The notes under the pieces are model-generated. The model was not told where the DNA came from. It was given only the letters and a program-made list of their open reading frames with translations, and searched no databases. From NCBI RefSeq assembly GCF_022045235.1, contig NW_027266270.1, forward strand, positions 9,362,001 to 9,426,000: a DNA stretch of 64,000 nt, read 5' to 3'. A program made the translations under genes and the position numbers. Positions 34,821 to 48,903 of the stretch are shown here, piece by piece (positions within the stretch are counted from its first letter, which is position 1; the number at the start of each line of letters is the position of its first letter). This stretch comes from Haliotis cracherodii. Taxonomy: Eukaryota.

Positions 34821-37216
34821 GTTACTTGTTGTTAGATCTAATTAAGAATGAAAGACAGAACTGATATTTGGCTAAATTCGACGAATCTAAAGAGCTAAGT
34901 ATGTACCTCGATGTAATGTTTCCAAGAGTGGAATGCCTTCTTCCTGTAACAGAACAGCTTTATACCTTTGCGTATCACAACACAAACGACAGGGTCATTA
35001 CTACAACTACATGTCACGATTAATTCAATGTTGACATGAAGGCTTTTGCTTAGCACATTTAGCTAGTGGCACGTGCTGCACTTGTGAATGAGATGACATC
35101 ACGTGACCAATCTAGCCGTAAGTGTTCTACGGTAATGTCGTTTGTTGTCAAAACATCGACACAATGTAATTAGGATGATAATGTGTTTCAGGTGTTTGAT
35201 TATTTAAGGATTTACGATATCCGTGTTCATTTGCCGGTGTTAATTGGTATCTTGTTATAAAGCATCCATTTGTACACAAGTTAGATTTGATATGAGTGGA
35301 ACTTTTATATGCTCGTGATGTAGATGTAGTTACAGAATGTTGGTGGAATTATACACTATATATCTGTATAAATATGTGAAACTTACTTGCACTTGAAATA
35401 TAGATGTTTAGGGTTATAGTTTCCACTGACTAAAGACAGTCATTGTGATTTCCTTATTGATGTATAATTGAACTAAAATAGTTCTGTTATTGAACTGTGT
35501 ATAAACATAACTGATAGTTTTTTGTTTCATTTTTCCTAAGTGCAAGTGTGACAACACAAAGTTAGAGTGTCAAATGTTGAAAGAGAGTGTTTTTATTTCT
35601 GGTGTGTGTATATGACACCCTGCTGTTTCCTTACAATTTGTGTCAGCCAAAGTCAATTCACCGTGTCACTCTTCAGGCAAAGAGTTTGCTAAACTGAACT
35701 TTATTGTACTCGGGATTACTCGTGACACATGACCACATGATTTGAAACTGAGCGGAGGCGCAACGATTTGTTGATTAGAGGGCTTGGCTATAGATGATAT
35801 ACTCAGCGATGTGTATTTGTTTAATCATAATGGAATGTGTGATTGTACGGTTGCTGACAGACGTTGTAGACAGGCTAGTCAAGTGGTACATGTTTGCATT
35901 TGAATTGACTGGCAATAAAGGCAGTTTGAGGAACAAACTTGCAACATATAACTAGAACCTATGCGCTCACTGCTTCTGCACTTATATCCCATGCTGTATA
36001 GCTTGTAATGGATTGGCATCAACATAAGACATGGGCTTGTTTGCCAATCCAGTTGGATTTCAAGAAATAACTTTGTTTCAACTACTCTTAACTAAGCATT
36101 AACATCAAGCCTAATGAAGGCTTTAACTTTCCACAATTTCTAATTATGGTTACATGCACGCTCACAAAAAATCTTTTGTGTTGTATTGTCTCATTCGAAC
36201 AGTTGAAACATTAAAGTTCATTGCAATTTACATGTGAGACATACATCACACCTAATTATATACAAATGAGCTAATGACATTAACATGCGTGTTCAAGTTC
36301 TTTTGATGAAGGAAGCTCTTTGCAGGTACAATTGGCACCAATATGTTCTTTATTTATAAGATAAAATATGCAGTATGTCATGTAAATGTGGGAGGAAAGC
36401 CGATAATGGTGCACAACTTTGGTGAAACCGATGTGCAGGGTTTATTGCTGGCAAACTGAGAATCATAATCAGAGCTGATCTAGATTCAAACCAACAACCA
36501 CAGGATTCTGGGCCGTCGAAGGGACGCAAGTGTGCATTAAGAAATGCGGCGCTCTAGGCCACACTTGTTAACGATGAAACTGAACGGAAACATATTTTGT
36601 ATTGTTGAAATATTTTATTTTCTGGACAAATCGCAATTCAGATAAAATCGCAGTTCCTGTAACGCTCAGTGTAATCTATTATATGATAATACACGTTCTT
36701 GCAGGTATTGTATCTGTTTCATTGTTACAACATGAGCAGTCACCTTGCAAGCAAGGTGAAAATGTTAAACTTAACCAGGTTCATATATTCTGCCAATATT
36801 GTTTAATGAACATAGTAATGTATAACTTGTGTCGCAATGTTTACACACAAGCACACTGACACTGATGAGTAACATTAGTACAATGACACTGTTAAGTACG
36901 TGTCGGTATGCTTTGTTCCTTCACATAAACAACAACGTACAATGTGCAAGTCAAGCATCATGTCTGACAATGCTATCGTCTTCACACAGAGAGTGTCTTG
37001 ATGACTTTATCTTCGTCTTCGTCAACCCCAACCTTGTGACGCTCTAAACGTTATGGGACTGAGCGACAGTGACTTGTGTCTTCTTCTTGGCGTCGTCTTC
37101 GTCGTCTTGGACAACAGGCTTGCTGCTGTTGGTTCATCCTCTTGTTGGGAACTGTGAGTATAGTATGGATATTGATCCTACTGTTTGGAACCTTCTTGTA
37201 AGTTCGTTTGCGCTTT

Positions 37217-38712
37217 TCATCTGGTTACACCTGACAGCTGGAAAAGAGTACATTTGCAAAAATTAGAACCGCAGTAGAGAGTATTTTAATCATGTAATAT
37301 TCGAAGGTTGTTTTTGGTGTCAAAATTTATCAATCACATTAAGAATCATTTGGGTCCTTGAAATGTTTCCCAAACGAAATCAATTAATTTTAGCATGCGT
37401 GTGGCCCAAGTGAGATCATGGCCAAGAGAACCTGAAGGAAAGTATGTTACATACCTGACAGATGAGCTTCTGTGCTGGTCGTTTGTGTTGGTAGGTCCAG
37501 GCTAAATCCAGAAGGGCTGGACCATGTCCCTGATTTTGACATCTCTGGACAAACTGCGTACAGGCCGTTTGTAGGTCGGTGAATCCAAATTCCACAGATG
37601 CACAGAGTAATCCTGAAAGATCCGAGGACATATTGTAATGTGTTTGATCAAATATCATCAAAAGGGTGAAGTTCATATTATGGATAATTGTCTGTGTTTC
37701 GCTCATGTGTCATCAAGATTAGTGGTATGGGGAAATTTTTGTGTTGAAATGAATATGCCATTTAAACAATTAAAGATAGTACTTACCAACCACATTGTTA
37801 AAATCGATGTTAGCTTTCCCTGAGTGGACGAATTTGAGGAACGCCCGAAAGTCTCCAATCTGGTAGTCAGGAATGCTGATGGTGAGTTTCTGTGCAAAGG
37901 CTGAGTCTTTGATCTTTTTGCTCTTTGATCGTTCCAAGGAGGAGTGTTTCTGATGTTGAAGCAAAAGCTGATATAGGTACCTAGAGAAAAGAAAGAAACA
38001 AGTTAAAGACGACATGCATACACAACTAGTAAATGGTCCAAATATTGTTCTCATGTTGAGTAAATTCACAGAGTATAAGAGCCAAACAGGCTCTACTTAA
38101 ACATGCACTTATTATTGTCCTGACCTTTGTAATGGATTTGATTGTTTTCGAGAATATCTTACCTGCTTCGTGTAGCCATTATGGCTTTGACTCCATGAAC
38201 AGGAGCCTTCTCCTTCCCAACGAGAAAGGTGACGTCACACATATCTGGCATGTTGAGGATGAGGGAGAGGCTGTCCTGTAAGTCCCCTGTGCTTCTAAGC
38301 ATCATGACGTCTCCCCGACCGGAGGACTGTGTAGGGTGAGTGCGGCCTTGTGATGGGTTGGAACTGGATTGGCTGAACGATCTTGATTTTGAGGTCGCGC
38401 TCACGCCTTCATCAGAGGAGTAGTCGCTTGAGTCATAGCCTGACGAGGTACCTTCAGCTGGAATAAGAAAAGAAATCAGTTATGAAACAATATTCAGTTT
38501 GTTGCAAATGTTATTAATGCTGAGTGGTGTTTGATGAACAGAACGGGTAGTTGAAATATACTTTGAATAAAAACAACACCAATGAATTATTATCCTGATG
38601 TGATAAAAGTGAATAGTGCAAATGACTCACCGTCTGCGTCATGACCACTGTGGTCAATAGTTTCCATGGCCGAAGAGTCCAGAAGACAAAGTCGGGAATC
38701 GTAATGATTCAT
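37217..38712 (-). CDS. BTB/POZ gprs-like protein, copy 4 (249 aa)
   Basis: Same structure; translated exons identical to copy 3. Confidence 0.85.
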
Positions 38713-41108
38713 GTTACTTGTTGTTAGATCTAATTAAGAATGAAAGACAGAACTGATATTTGGCTAAATTCGACGAATCTAAAGAGCTAAGTATGTACCT
38801 CGATGTAATGTTTCCAAGAGTGGAATGCCTTCTTCCTGTAACAGAACAGCTTTATACCTTTGCGTATCACAACACAAACGACAGGGTCATTACTACAACT
38901 ACATGTCACGATTAATTCAATGTTGACATGAAGGCTTTTGCTTAGCACATTTAGCTAGTGGCACGTGCTGCACTTGTGAATGAGATGACATCACGTGACC
39001 AATCTAGCCGTAAGTGTTCTACGGTAATGTCGTTTGTTGTCAAAACATCGACACAATGTAATTAGGATGATAATGTGTTTCAGGTGTTTGATTATTTAAG
39101 GATTTACGATATCCGTGTTCATTTGCCGGTGTTAATTGGTATCTTGTTATAAAGCATCCATTTGTACACAAGTTAGATTTGATATGAGTGGAACTTTTAT
39201 ATGCTCGTGATGTAGATGTAGTTACAGAATGTTGGTGGAATTATACACTATATATCTGTATAAATATGTGAAACTTACTTGCACTTGAAATATAGATGTT
39301 TAGGGTTATAGTTTCCACTGACTAAAGACAGTCATTGTGATTTCCTTATTGATGTATAATTGAACTAAAATAGTTCTGTTATTGAACTGTGTATAAACAT
39401 AACTGATAGTTTTTTGTTTCACTTTTCCTAAGTGCAAGTGTGACAACACAAAGTTAGAGTGTCAAATGTTGAAAGAGAGTGTTTTTATTTCTGGTGTGTG
39501 TATATGACACCCTGCTGTTTCCTTACAATTTGTGTCAGCCAAAGTCAATTCACCGTGTCACTCTTCAGGCAAAGAGTTTGCTAAACTGAACTTTATTGTA
39601 CTCGGGATTACTCGTGACACATGACCACATGATTTGAAACTGAGCGGAGGCGCAACGATTTGTTGATTAGAGGGCTTGGCTATAGATGATATACTCAGCG
39701 ATGTGTATTTGTTTAATCATAATGGAATGTGTGATTGTACGGTTGCTGACAGACGTTGTAGACAGGCTAGTCAAGTGGTACATGTTTGCATTTGAATTGA
39801 CTGGCAATAAAGGCAGTTTGAGGAACAAACTTGCAACATATAACTAGAACCTATGCGCTCACTGCTTCTGCACTTATATCCCATGCTGTATAGCTTGTAA
39901 TGGATTGGCATCAACATAAGACATGGGCTTGTTTGCCAATCCAGTTGGATTTCAAGAAATAACTTTGTTTCAACTACTCTTAACTAAGCATTAACATCAA
40001 GCCTAATGAAGGCTTTAACTTTCCACAATTTCTAATTATGGTTACATGCACGCTCACAAAAAATCTTTTGTGTTGTATTGTCTCATTCGAACAGTTGAAA
40101 CATTAAAGTTCATTGCAATTTACATGTGAGACATACATCACACCTAATTATATACAAATGAGCTAATGACATTAACATGCGTGTTCAAGTTCTTTTGATG
40201 AAGGAAGCTCTTTGCAGGTACAATTGGCACCAATATGTTCTTTATTTATAAGATAAAATATGCAGTATGTCATGTAAATGTGGGAGGAAAGCCGATAATG
40301 GTGCACAACTTTGGTGAAACCGATGTGCAGGGTTTATTGCTGGCAAACTGAGAATCATAATCAGAGCTGATCTAGATTCAAACCAACAACCACAGGATTC
40401 TGGGCCGTCGAAGGGACGCAAGTGTGCATTAAGAAATGCGGCGCTCTAGGCCACACTTGTTAACGATGAAACTGAACGGAAACATATTTTGTATTGTTGA
40501 AATATTTTATTTTCTGGACAAATCGCAATTCAGATAAAATCGCAGTTCCTGTAACGCTCAGTGTAATCTATTATATGATAATACACGTTCTTGCAGGTAT
40601 TGTATCTGTTTCATTGTTACAACATGAGCAGTCACCTTGCAAGCAAGGTGAAAATGTTAAACTTAACCAGGTTCATATATTCTGCCAATATTGTTTAATG
40701 AACATAGTAATGTATAACTTGTGTCGCAATGTTTACACACAAGCACACTGACACTGATGAGTAACATTAGTACAATGACACTGTTAAGTACGTGTCGGTA
40801 TGCTTTGTTCCTTCACATAAACAACAACGTACAATGTGCAAGTCAAGCATCATGTCTGACAATGCTATCGTCTTCACACAGAGAGTGTCTTGATGACTTT
40901 ATCTTCGTCTTCGTCAACCCCAACCTTGTGACGCTCTAAACGTTATGGGACTGAGCGACAGTGACTTGTGTCTTCTTCTTGGCGTCGTCTTCGTCGTCTT
41001 GGACAACAGGCTTGCTGCTGTTGGTTCATCCTCTTGTTGGGAACTGTGAGTATAGTATGGATATTGATCCTACTGTTTGGAACCTTCTTGTAAGTTCGTT
41101 TGCGCTTT

Positions 41109-42604
41109 TCATCTGGTTACACCTGACAGCTGGAAAAGAGTACATTTGCAAAAATTAGAACCGCAGTAGAGAGTATTTTAATCATGTAATATTCGAAGGT
41201 TGTTTTTGGTGTCAAAATTTATCAATCACATTAAGAATCATTTGGGTCCTTGAAATGTTTCCCAAACGAAATCAATTAATTTTAGCATGCGTGTGGCCCA
41301 AGTGAGATCATGGCCAAGAGAACCTGAAGGAAAGTATGTTACATACCTGACAGATGAGCTTCTGTGCTGGTCGTTTGTGTTGGTAGGTCCAGGCTAAATC
41401 CAGAAGGGCTGGACCATGTCCCTGATTTTGACATCTCTGGACAAACTGCGTACAGGCCGTTTGTAGGTCGGTGAATCCAAATTCCACAGATGCACAGAGT
41501 AATCCTGAAAGATCCGAGGACATATTGTAATGTGTTTGATCAAATATCATCAAAAGGGTGAAGTTCATATTATGGATAATTGTCTGTGTTTCGCTCATGT
41601 GTCATCAAGATTAGTGGTATGGGGAAATTTTTGTGTTGAAATGAATATGCCATTTAAACAATTAAAGATAGTACTTACCAACCACATTGTTAAAATCGAT
41701 GTTAGCTTTCCCTGAGTGGACGAATTTGAGGAACGCCCGAAAGTCTCCAATCTGGTAGTCAGGAATGCTGATGGTGAGTTTCTGTGCAAAGGCTGAGTCT
41801 TTGATCTTTTTGCTCTTTGATCGTTCCAAGGAGGAGTGTTTCTGATGTTGAAGCAAAAGCTGATATAGGTACCTAGAGAAAAGAAAGAAACAAGTTAAAG
41901 ACGACATGCATACACAACTAGTAAATGGTCCAAATATTGTTCTCATGTTGAGTACATTCACAGAGTATAAGAGCCAAACAGGCTCTACTTAAACATGCAC
42001 TTATTATTGTCCTGACCTGTGTAATGGATTTGATTGTTTTCGAGAATATCTTACCTGCTTCGTGTAGCCATTATGGCTTTGACTCCATGAACAGGAGCCT
42101 TCTCCTTCCCAACGAGAAAGGTGACGTCACACATATCTGGCATGTTGAGGATGAGGGAGAGGCTGTCCTGTAAGTCCCCTGTGCTTCTAAGCATCATGAC
42201 GTCACCCCGACCGGAGGACTGTGAGGGGTGAGAGCGGCCTTGTGATGGGTTGGAACTGGATTGGCTGAACGATCTTGATTTTGAGGTCGTGCTCACGCCT
42301 TCATCAGAGGAGTAGTCGCTTGAGTCATAGCCTGACGAGGTACCTTCAGCTGGAATAAGAAAAGAAATCAGTTATGAAACAATATTCAGTTTGTTGCAAA
42401 TGTTATTAAAGCTGAGTGGTGTTTGATGAACAGAACGGGTAGTTGAAATATACTTTGAATAAAAACAACACCAATGAATTATTATCCTGATGTGATAAAA
42501 GTGAATAGTGCAAATGACTCACCGTCTGCGTCATGACCACTGTGGTCAATAGTTTCCATGGCCGAAGAGTCCAGAAGACAAAGTCGGGAATCGTAATGAT
42601 TCAT
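41109..42604 (-). CDS. BTB/POZ gprs-like protein, copy 5 (249 aa)
   Basis: Same structure; STTSK and GRSHPSQ variant. Confidence 0.85.
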
Positions 42605-45009
42605 GTTACTTGTTGTTAGATCTAATTAAGAATGAAAGACAGAACTGATATTTGGCTAAATTCGACGAATCTAAAGAGCTAAGTATGTACCTCGATGTAA
42701 TGTTTCCAAGAGTGGAATGCCTTCTTCCTGTAACAGAACAGCTTTATACCTTTGCGTATCACAACACAAACGACAGGGTCATTACTACAACTACATGTCA
42801 CGATTAATTCAATGTTGACATGAAGGCTTCAGCTTAGCACATTTAGCTAGTGGCACGTGCTGCACTTGTGAATGAGATGACATCACGTGACCAATCTAGC
42901 CGTAAGTGTGCTACGGTAATGTCGTTTGTTGTCAAAACATCGACATAATATAATTAGGATGATAATGTGTTTCAGGTGTTTGATTATTTAAGGATTTACG
43001 ATATCTGTGTTCATTTGCCGGTGTTAATTGGTATCTTGTTATAAAGCATCCATTTGTACACAAGTTAGATTTGATATGAGTGGAACTTTTATATGCCCGT
43101 GATGTAGATGTAGTTACAGAATGTTGGTGGAATTATACACTATATATCTGTATAAATATGTGAAACTTACTTGCACTTGAAATATAGATGTTTAGGGTTA
43201 TAGTTTCCACTGACTGAAGACAGTCATTATGATTTCCTTATTGATGTATAATTGAACTAAAATAGTTCTGTTATTGAACTGTGTATAAACATAACTGATA
43301 GTTTTTTGTTTCAATTTTCCTAAGTGCAAGTGTGACAACACAAAGTTAGAGTGTCAAATGTTGAAAGGGAGTGTTTTTATTTCTGGTGTGTGTATATGAC
43401 ACCCTGCTGTTTCCTTACAATTTGTGTCAGTCAAAGTCAATTCACCGTGTCACTCTTCAGGCAAAGAGTTTGCTAAACTGAACTTTATTGTACTCGGGAT
43501 TACTCGTGACACATGACCACATGATTTGAAACTGAGCGGAGGCGCAACGATTTGTTGATTAGAGGGCTTGGCTATAGATGATATACTCAGCGATGTGTAT
43601 TTGTTTAATCATAATGGAATGTGTGATTGTACGGTTGCTGATAGACGTTGTAGACAGGCTAGTCAAGTGGTACATGTTTGCATTTGAATTGACTGGCAAT
43701 CAAGGCAGTTTGAGGAACAAACTTGCAACATATAACTAGAACCTTTGCGCTCACTGCTTCTGCACTTATATCCCATGCTGTATAGCTTTTAATGGATTGG
43801 CATCAACATAAGACATGGGCTTGTTTGCCAATCCAGTTGGATTTCAAGAAATAACTTTGTTTCAACTACTCTTAACTAAGCATTAACATCAAGCCTAATG
43901 AAGTCTTTAACTTTCCACAATTTCTAATTATGGTTACATGCACGCTCACAAAAAAATCTTTTGTGTTGTATTGTCTCATTCGAACAGTTGAAACATTAAA
44001 GTTCATTGCAATTTACATGTGAGACATACATCACACCTAATTATATACAAATGAGCTAATGACATTAACATGCGTGTTCAAGTTCTTTTGATGAAGGAAG
44101 CTCTTTGCAGGTACAATTGGCACCAATATGTTCTTTATTTATAAGATAAAATATGCAGTATGTCATGTAAATGTGGGAGGAAAGCCGATAATGGTGCACA
44201 ACTTTGGTGAAACCGATGTGCAGGGTTTATTGCTGGCAAACTGAGAATCATAATCAGAGCTGATCTAGATTCAAACCAACAACCACAGGATTCTGGGCCG
44301 TCTAAAGGACGCAAGTGTGCATTAAGAAATGCGGCGCTCTAGGCCACACTTGTTAACGATGAAACTGAACGGAAACATATTTTGTATTGTTGAAATATTT
44401 TATTTTCTGGACAAATCGCAATTCAGATAAAACCGCAGTTCCTGTAATGCTCAGTGTAATCTATTATATGATAATACACGTTCTTGCAGGTATTGTATAT
44501 GTTTCATTGTTACAACATGAACGGTCACCTTGCAAGCAAGGTGAAAATGTTAAACTTAACCAGGTTCATATTTTCTGCCAATATTGTTTAATGAACATAG
44601 TAATGTATAACTTGTGTCGCAATGTTTACACACAAGCACACTGACACTGACGAGTAACATTAGTACAATGACACTGTTAAGTACGTGTCGGTATGCTTTG
44701 TTCCTTCACATAAACAACAACGTACAATGTGCAAGTCAAGCATCATGTCTGACAATGCTATCGTCTTCACACAGAGAGTGTCTTGATGACTTTATCTTCG
44801 TCTTCGTCAACCCCAACCTTGTGACGCTCTAAACGTTATGGGACTGAGCGACAGTGACTTATGTCTTCTTTTTGGCGTCGTCTTCGTCGTCTTGGACAAC
44901 AGGCTTGCTGCTGTTGGTTCATCCTCTTGTTGGGAACTGTGAGTATAGTATGGATATTGATCCTACTGTTTGGAACCTTCTTGTGAGTTCGGTTGCGCTT
45001 TTCATCTGG

Positions 45010-46499
45010 TTACACCTGACAGCTGGAAAAGAGTACATTTGCAAAAATTAGAACCGCAGTAGAGAGTATTTTAATCATGTAATATTCGAAGGTTGTTTTT
45101 GGTGTCACAATTTATCAATCACATTAAGAATCATTTGGGTCCTTGAAATGTTTCCCAATCGAAATCAATTAATTTTAGCATGCGTGTGGCCCAAGTGAGA
45201 TCATGGCCAAGAGAACCTGAAGGAAAGTATGTTACATACCTGACAGATGAGCTTCTGTGCTGGTCGTTTGTGTTGGTAGGTCCAGGCTTGATGTCCAGAA
45301 GGGCTGGACCATGTCCCTGATTTTGACATCTCTGGACAAACTGCGTACAGGCCGTTTGTAGGTCGGTGAATCCAAATTCCACAGATGCACAGAGTAATCC
45401 TGAAAGATCCGAGGACATATTGTAATGTGTTTGATCAAATATCATCAAAAGGGTGAAGTTCATATTATGGATAATTGTCTGTGTTTCGCTCATGTGTCAT
45501 CAAGATTAGTGGTATGGGGAAATTTTTGTGTTGAAATGAATATCCCATTTAAACAATTAAAGATAGTACTTACCAACCACATTGTTAAAATCGATGTTAG
45601 CTTTCCCTGAGTGGACGAATTTGAGGAACGCCCGAAAGTCTCCAATCTGGTAGTCAGGAATGCTGATGGTGAGTTTCTGTGCAAAGGCTGAGTCTTTGAT
45701 CTTTTTGCTCTTTGATCGTTCCAAGGAGGAGTGTTTCTGATGTTGAAGCAAAAGCTGATATAGGTACCTAGAGAAAAGAAAGAAACAAGTTAAAGACGAC
45801 ATGCATACACAACTAGTAAATGGTCCAAATATTGTTCTCATGTTGAGTACATTCACAGAGTATAAGAGCCAAACAGGCTCTACTTAAACATGCACTTATT
45901 ATTGTCCTGACCTTTGTAATGGATTTGATTGTTTTCGAGAATATCTTACCTGCTTCGTGTAGCCATTATGGCTTTGACTCCATGAACAGGAGCCTTCTCC
46001 TTCCCAACGAGAAAGGTGACGTCACACATATCTGGCATGTTGAGGATGAGGGAGAGGCTGTCCTGTAAGTCCCCTGTGCTTCTAAGCATCATGACGTCTC
46101 CCCGACCGGAGGACTGTGAGGGGTGAGTGCGGCCTTGTGATGGGTTGGAACTGGATTGGCTGAACGATCTTGATTTTGAGGTCGCGCTCACGCCTTCATC
46201 AGAGGAGTAGTCGCTTGAGTCATAGCCTGACGAGGTACCTTCAGCTGGAATAAGAAAAGAAATCAGTTATGAAACAATATTCAGTTTGTTGCAAATGTTA
46301 TTAAAGCTGAGTGGTGTTTGATGAACAGAACGGGTAGTTGAAATATACTTTGAATAAAAACAACACCAATGAATTATTATCCTGATGTGATAAAAGTGAA
46401 TAGTGCAAATGACTCACCGTCTGCGTCATGACCACTGTGGTCAATAGTTTCCATGGCCGAAGAGTCCAGAAGACAAAGTCGGGAATCGTAATGATTCAT
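45010..46499 (-). CDS. BTB/POZ gprs-like protein, copy 6; +2 indel in exon 4 gives an alternative C-terminus (247 aa), possibly a pseudogene
   Basis: TAAA replaced by TTGATG at 45288-45293. Spliced reading ends LDIKPGPTNTNDQHRSSSVSCQV* in exon 5. Confidence 0.65.
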
Positions 46500-48903
46500 G
46501 TTACTTGTTGTTAGATCTAATTAAGAATGAAAGAAAGAACTGATATTTGGCTAAATTTGACGAATCTAAAGAGCTAAGTATGTACCTCGATGTAATGTTT
46601 CCAAGAGTGGAATGCCTTCTTCCTGTAACAGAACAGCTTTATACCTTTGCGTATCACAACACAAACGACAGGGTCATTACTACAACTACATGTCACGATT
46701 AATTCAATGTTGACATTAAGGCTTTTGCTTAGCACATTTAGCTAGTGGCACGTGCTGCACTTGTGAATGAGATGACATCACGTGACCAATCTAGCCGTAA
46801 GTGTGCTACGGTAATGTCGTTTGTTGTCAAAACATCGACACAATATCATTAGGATGATAATGTGTTTCAGGTGTTTGATTATTTAAGGATTTACGATATC
46901 CGTGTTCATTTGCCGGTGTTAATTGGTATCTTGTTATAAAGCATCCATTTGTACACAAGTTAGATTTGATATGAGTGGAACTTTTATATGCTCGTGATGT
47001 AGATGTAGTTACAGAATGTTGGTGGAATTATACACTATATATCTGTATAAATATGTGAAACTTACTTGCACTTGAAATATAGATGTTTAGGGTTATAGTT
47101 TCCACTGACTAAAGACAGTCATTGTGATTTCCTTATTGATGTATAATTGAACTAAAATAGTTCTGTTATTGAACTGTGTATAAACATAACTGATAGTTTT
47201 TTGTTTCACTTTTCCTAAGTGCAAGTGTGACAACACAAAGTTAGAGTGTCAAATGTTGAAAGGGAGTGTTTTTATTTCTGGTGTGTGTATATGACACCCT
47301 GCTGTTTCCTTACAATTTGTGTCAGTCAAAGTCAATTCACCGTGTCACTCTTCAGGCAAAGAGTTTGCTAAACTGAACTTTATTGTACTCGGGATTACTC
47401 GTGACACATGACCACATGATTTGAAACTGAGCGGAGGCGCAACGATTTGTTGATTAGAGGGCTTGGCTATAGATGATATACTCAGCGATGTGTATTTGTT
47501 TAATCATAATGGAATGTGTGATTGTACGGTTGCTGACAGACGTTGTAGACAGGCTAGTCAAGTGGTACATGTTTGCATTTGAATTGACTGGCAATAAAGG
47601 CAGTTTGAGGAACAAACTTGCAACATATAACTAGAACCTATGCGCTCACTGCTTCTGCACTTATATCCCATGCTGTATAGCTTGTAATGGATTGGCATCA
47701 ACATAAGACATGGGCTTGTTTGCCAATCCAGTTGGATTTCAAGAAATAACTTTGTTTCAACTACTCTTAACTAAGCATTAACATCAAGCCTAATGAAGGC
47801 TTTAACTTTCCACAATTTCTAATTATGGTTACATGCACGCTCACAAAAAATCTTTTGTGTTGTATTGTCTCATTCGAACAGTTGAAACATTAAAGTTCAT
47901 TGCAATTTACATGTGAGACATACATCACACCTAATTATATACAAATGAGCTAATGACATTAACATGCGTGTTCAAGTTCTTTTGATGAAGGAAGCTCTTT
48001 GCAGGTACAATTGGCACCAATATGTTCTTTATTTATAAGATAAAATATGCAGTATGTCATGTAAATGTGGGAGGAAAGCCGATAATGGTGCACAACTTTG
48101 GTGAAACCGATGTGCAGGGTTTATTGCTGGCAAACTGAGAATCATAATCAGAGCTGATCTAGATTCAAACCAACAACCACAGGATTCTGGGCCGTCGAAG
48201 GGACGCAAGTGTGCATTAAGAAATGCGGCGCTCTAGGCCACACTTGTTAACGATGAAACTGAACGGAAACATATTTTGTATTGTTGAAATAATTTATTTT
48301 CTGGACAAATCGCAATTCAGATAAAATCGCAGTTCCTGTAATGCTCAGTGTAATCTATTATATGATAATACACGTTCTTGCAGGTATTGTATCTGTTTCA
48401 TTGTTACAACATGAGCAGTCACCTTGCAAGCAAGGTGAAAATGTTAAACTTAACCAGGTTCATATATTCTGCCAATATTGTTTAATGAACATAGTAATGC
48501 ATAACTTGTGTCGCAATGTTTACACACAAGCACACTGACACTGACGAGTAACATTAGTACAATGACACTGTTAAGTACGTGTCGGTATGCTTTGTTCCTT
48601 CACATAAACAACAACGTACAATGTGCAAGTCAAGCATCATGTCTGACAATGCTATCGTCTTCACACAGAGAGTGTCTTGATGACTTTATCTTCGTCTTCG
48701 TCAACCCCAACCTTGTGACGCTCTAAACGTTATGGGACTGAGCGACAGTGACTTGTGTCTTCTTCTTGGCGTCGTCTTCGTCGTCTTGGACAACAGGCTT
48801 GCTGCTGTTGGTTCATCCTCTTGTTGGGAACTGTGAGTATAGTATGGATATTGATCCTACTGTTTGGAACCTTCTTGTAAGTTCGTTTGCGCTTTTCATC
48901 TGG

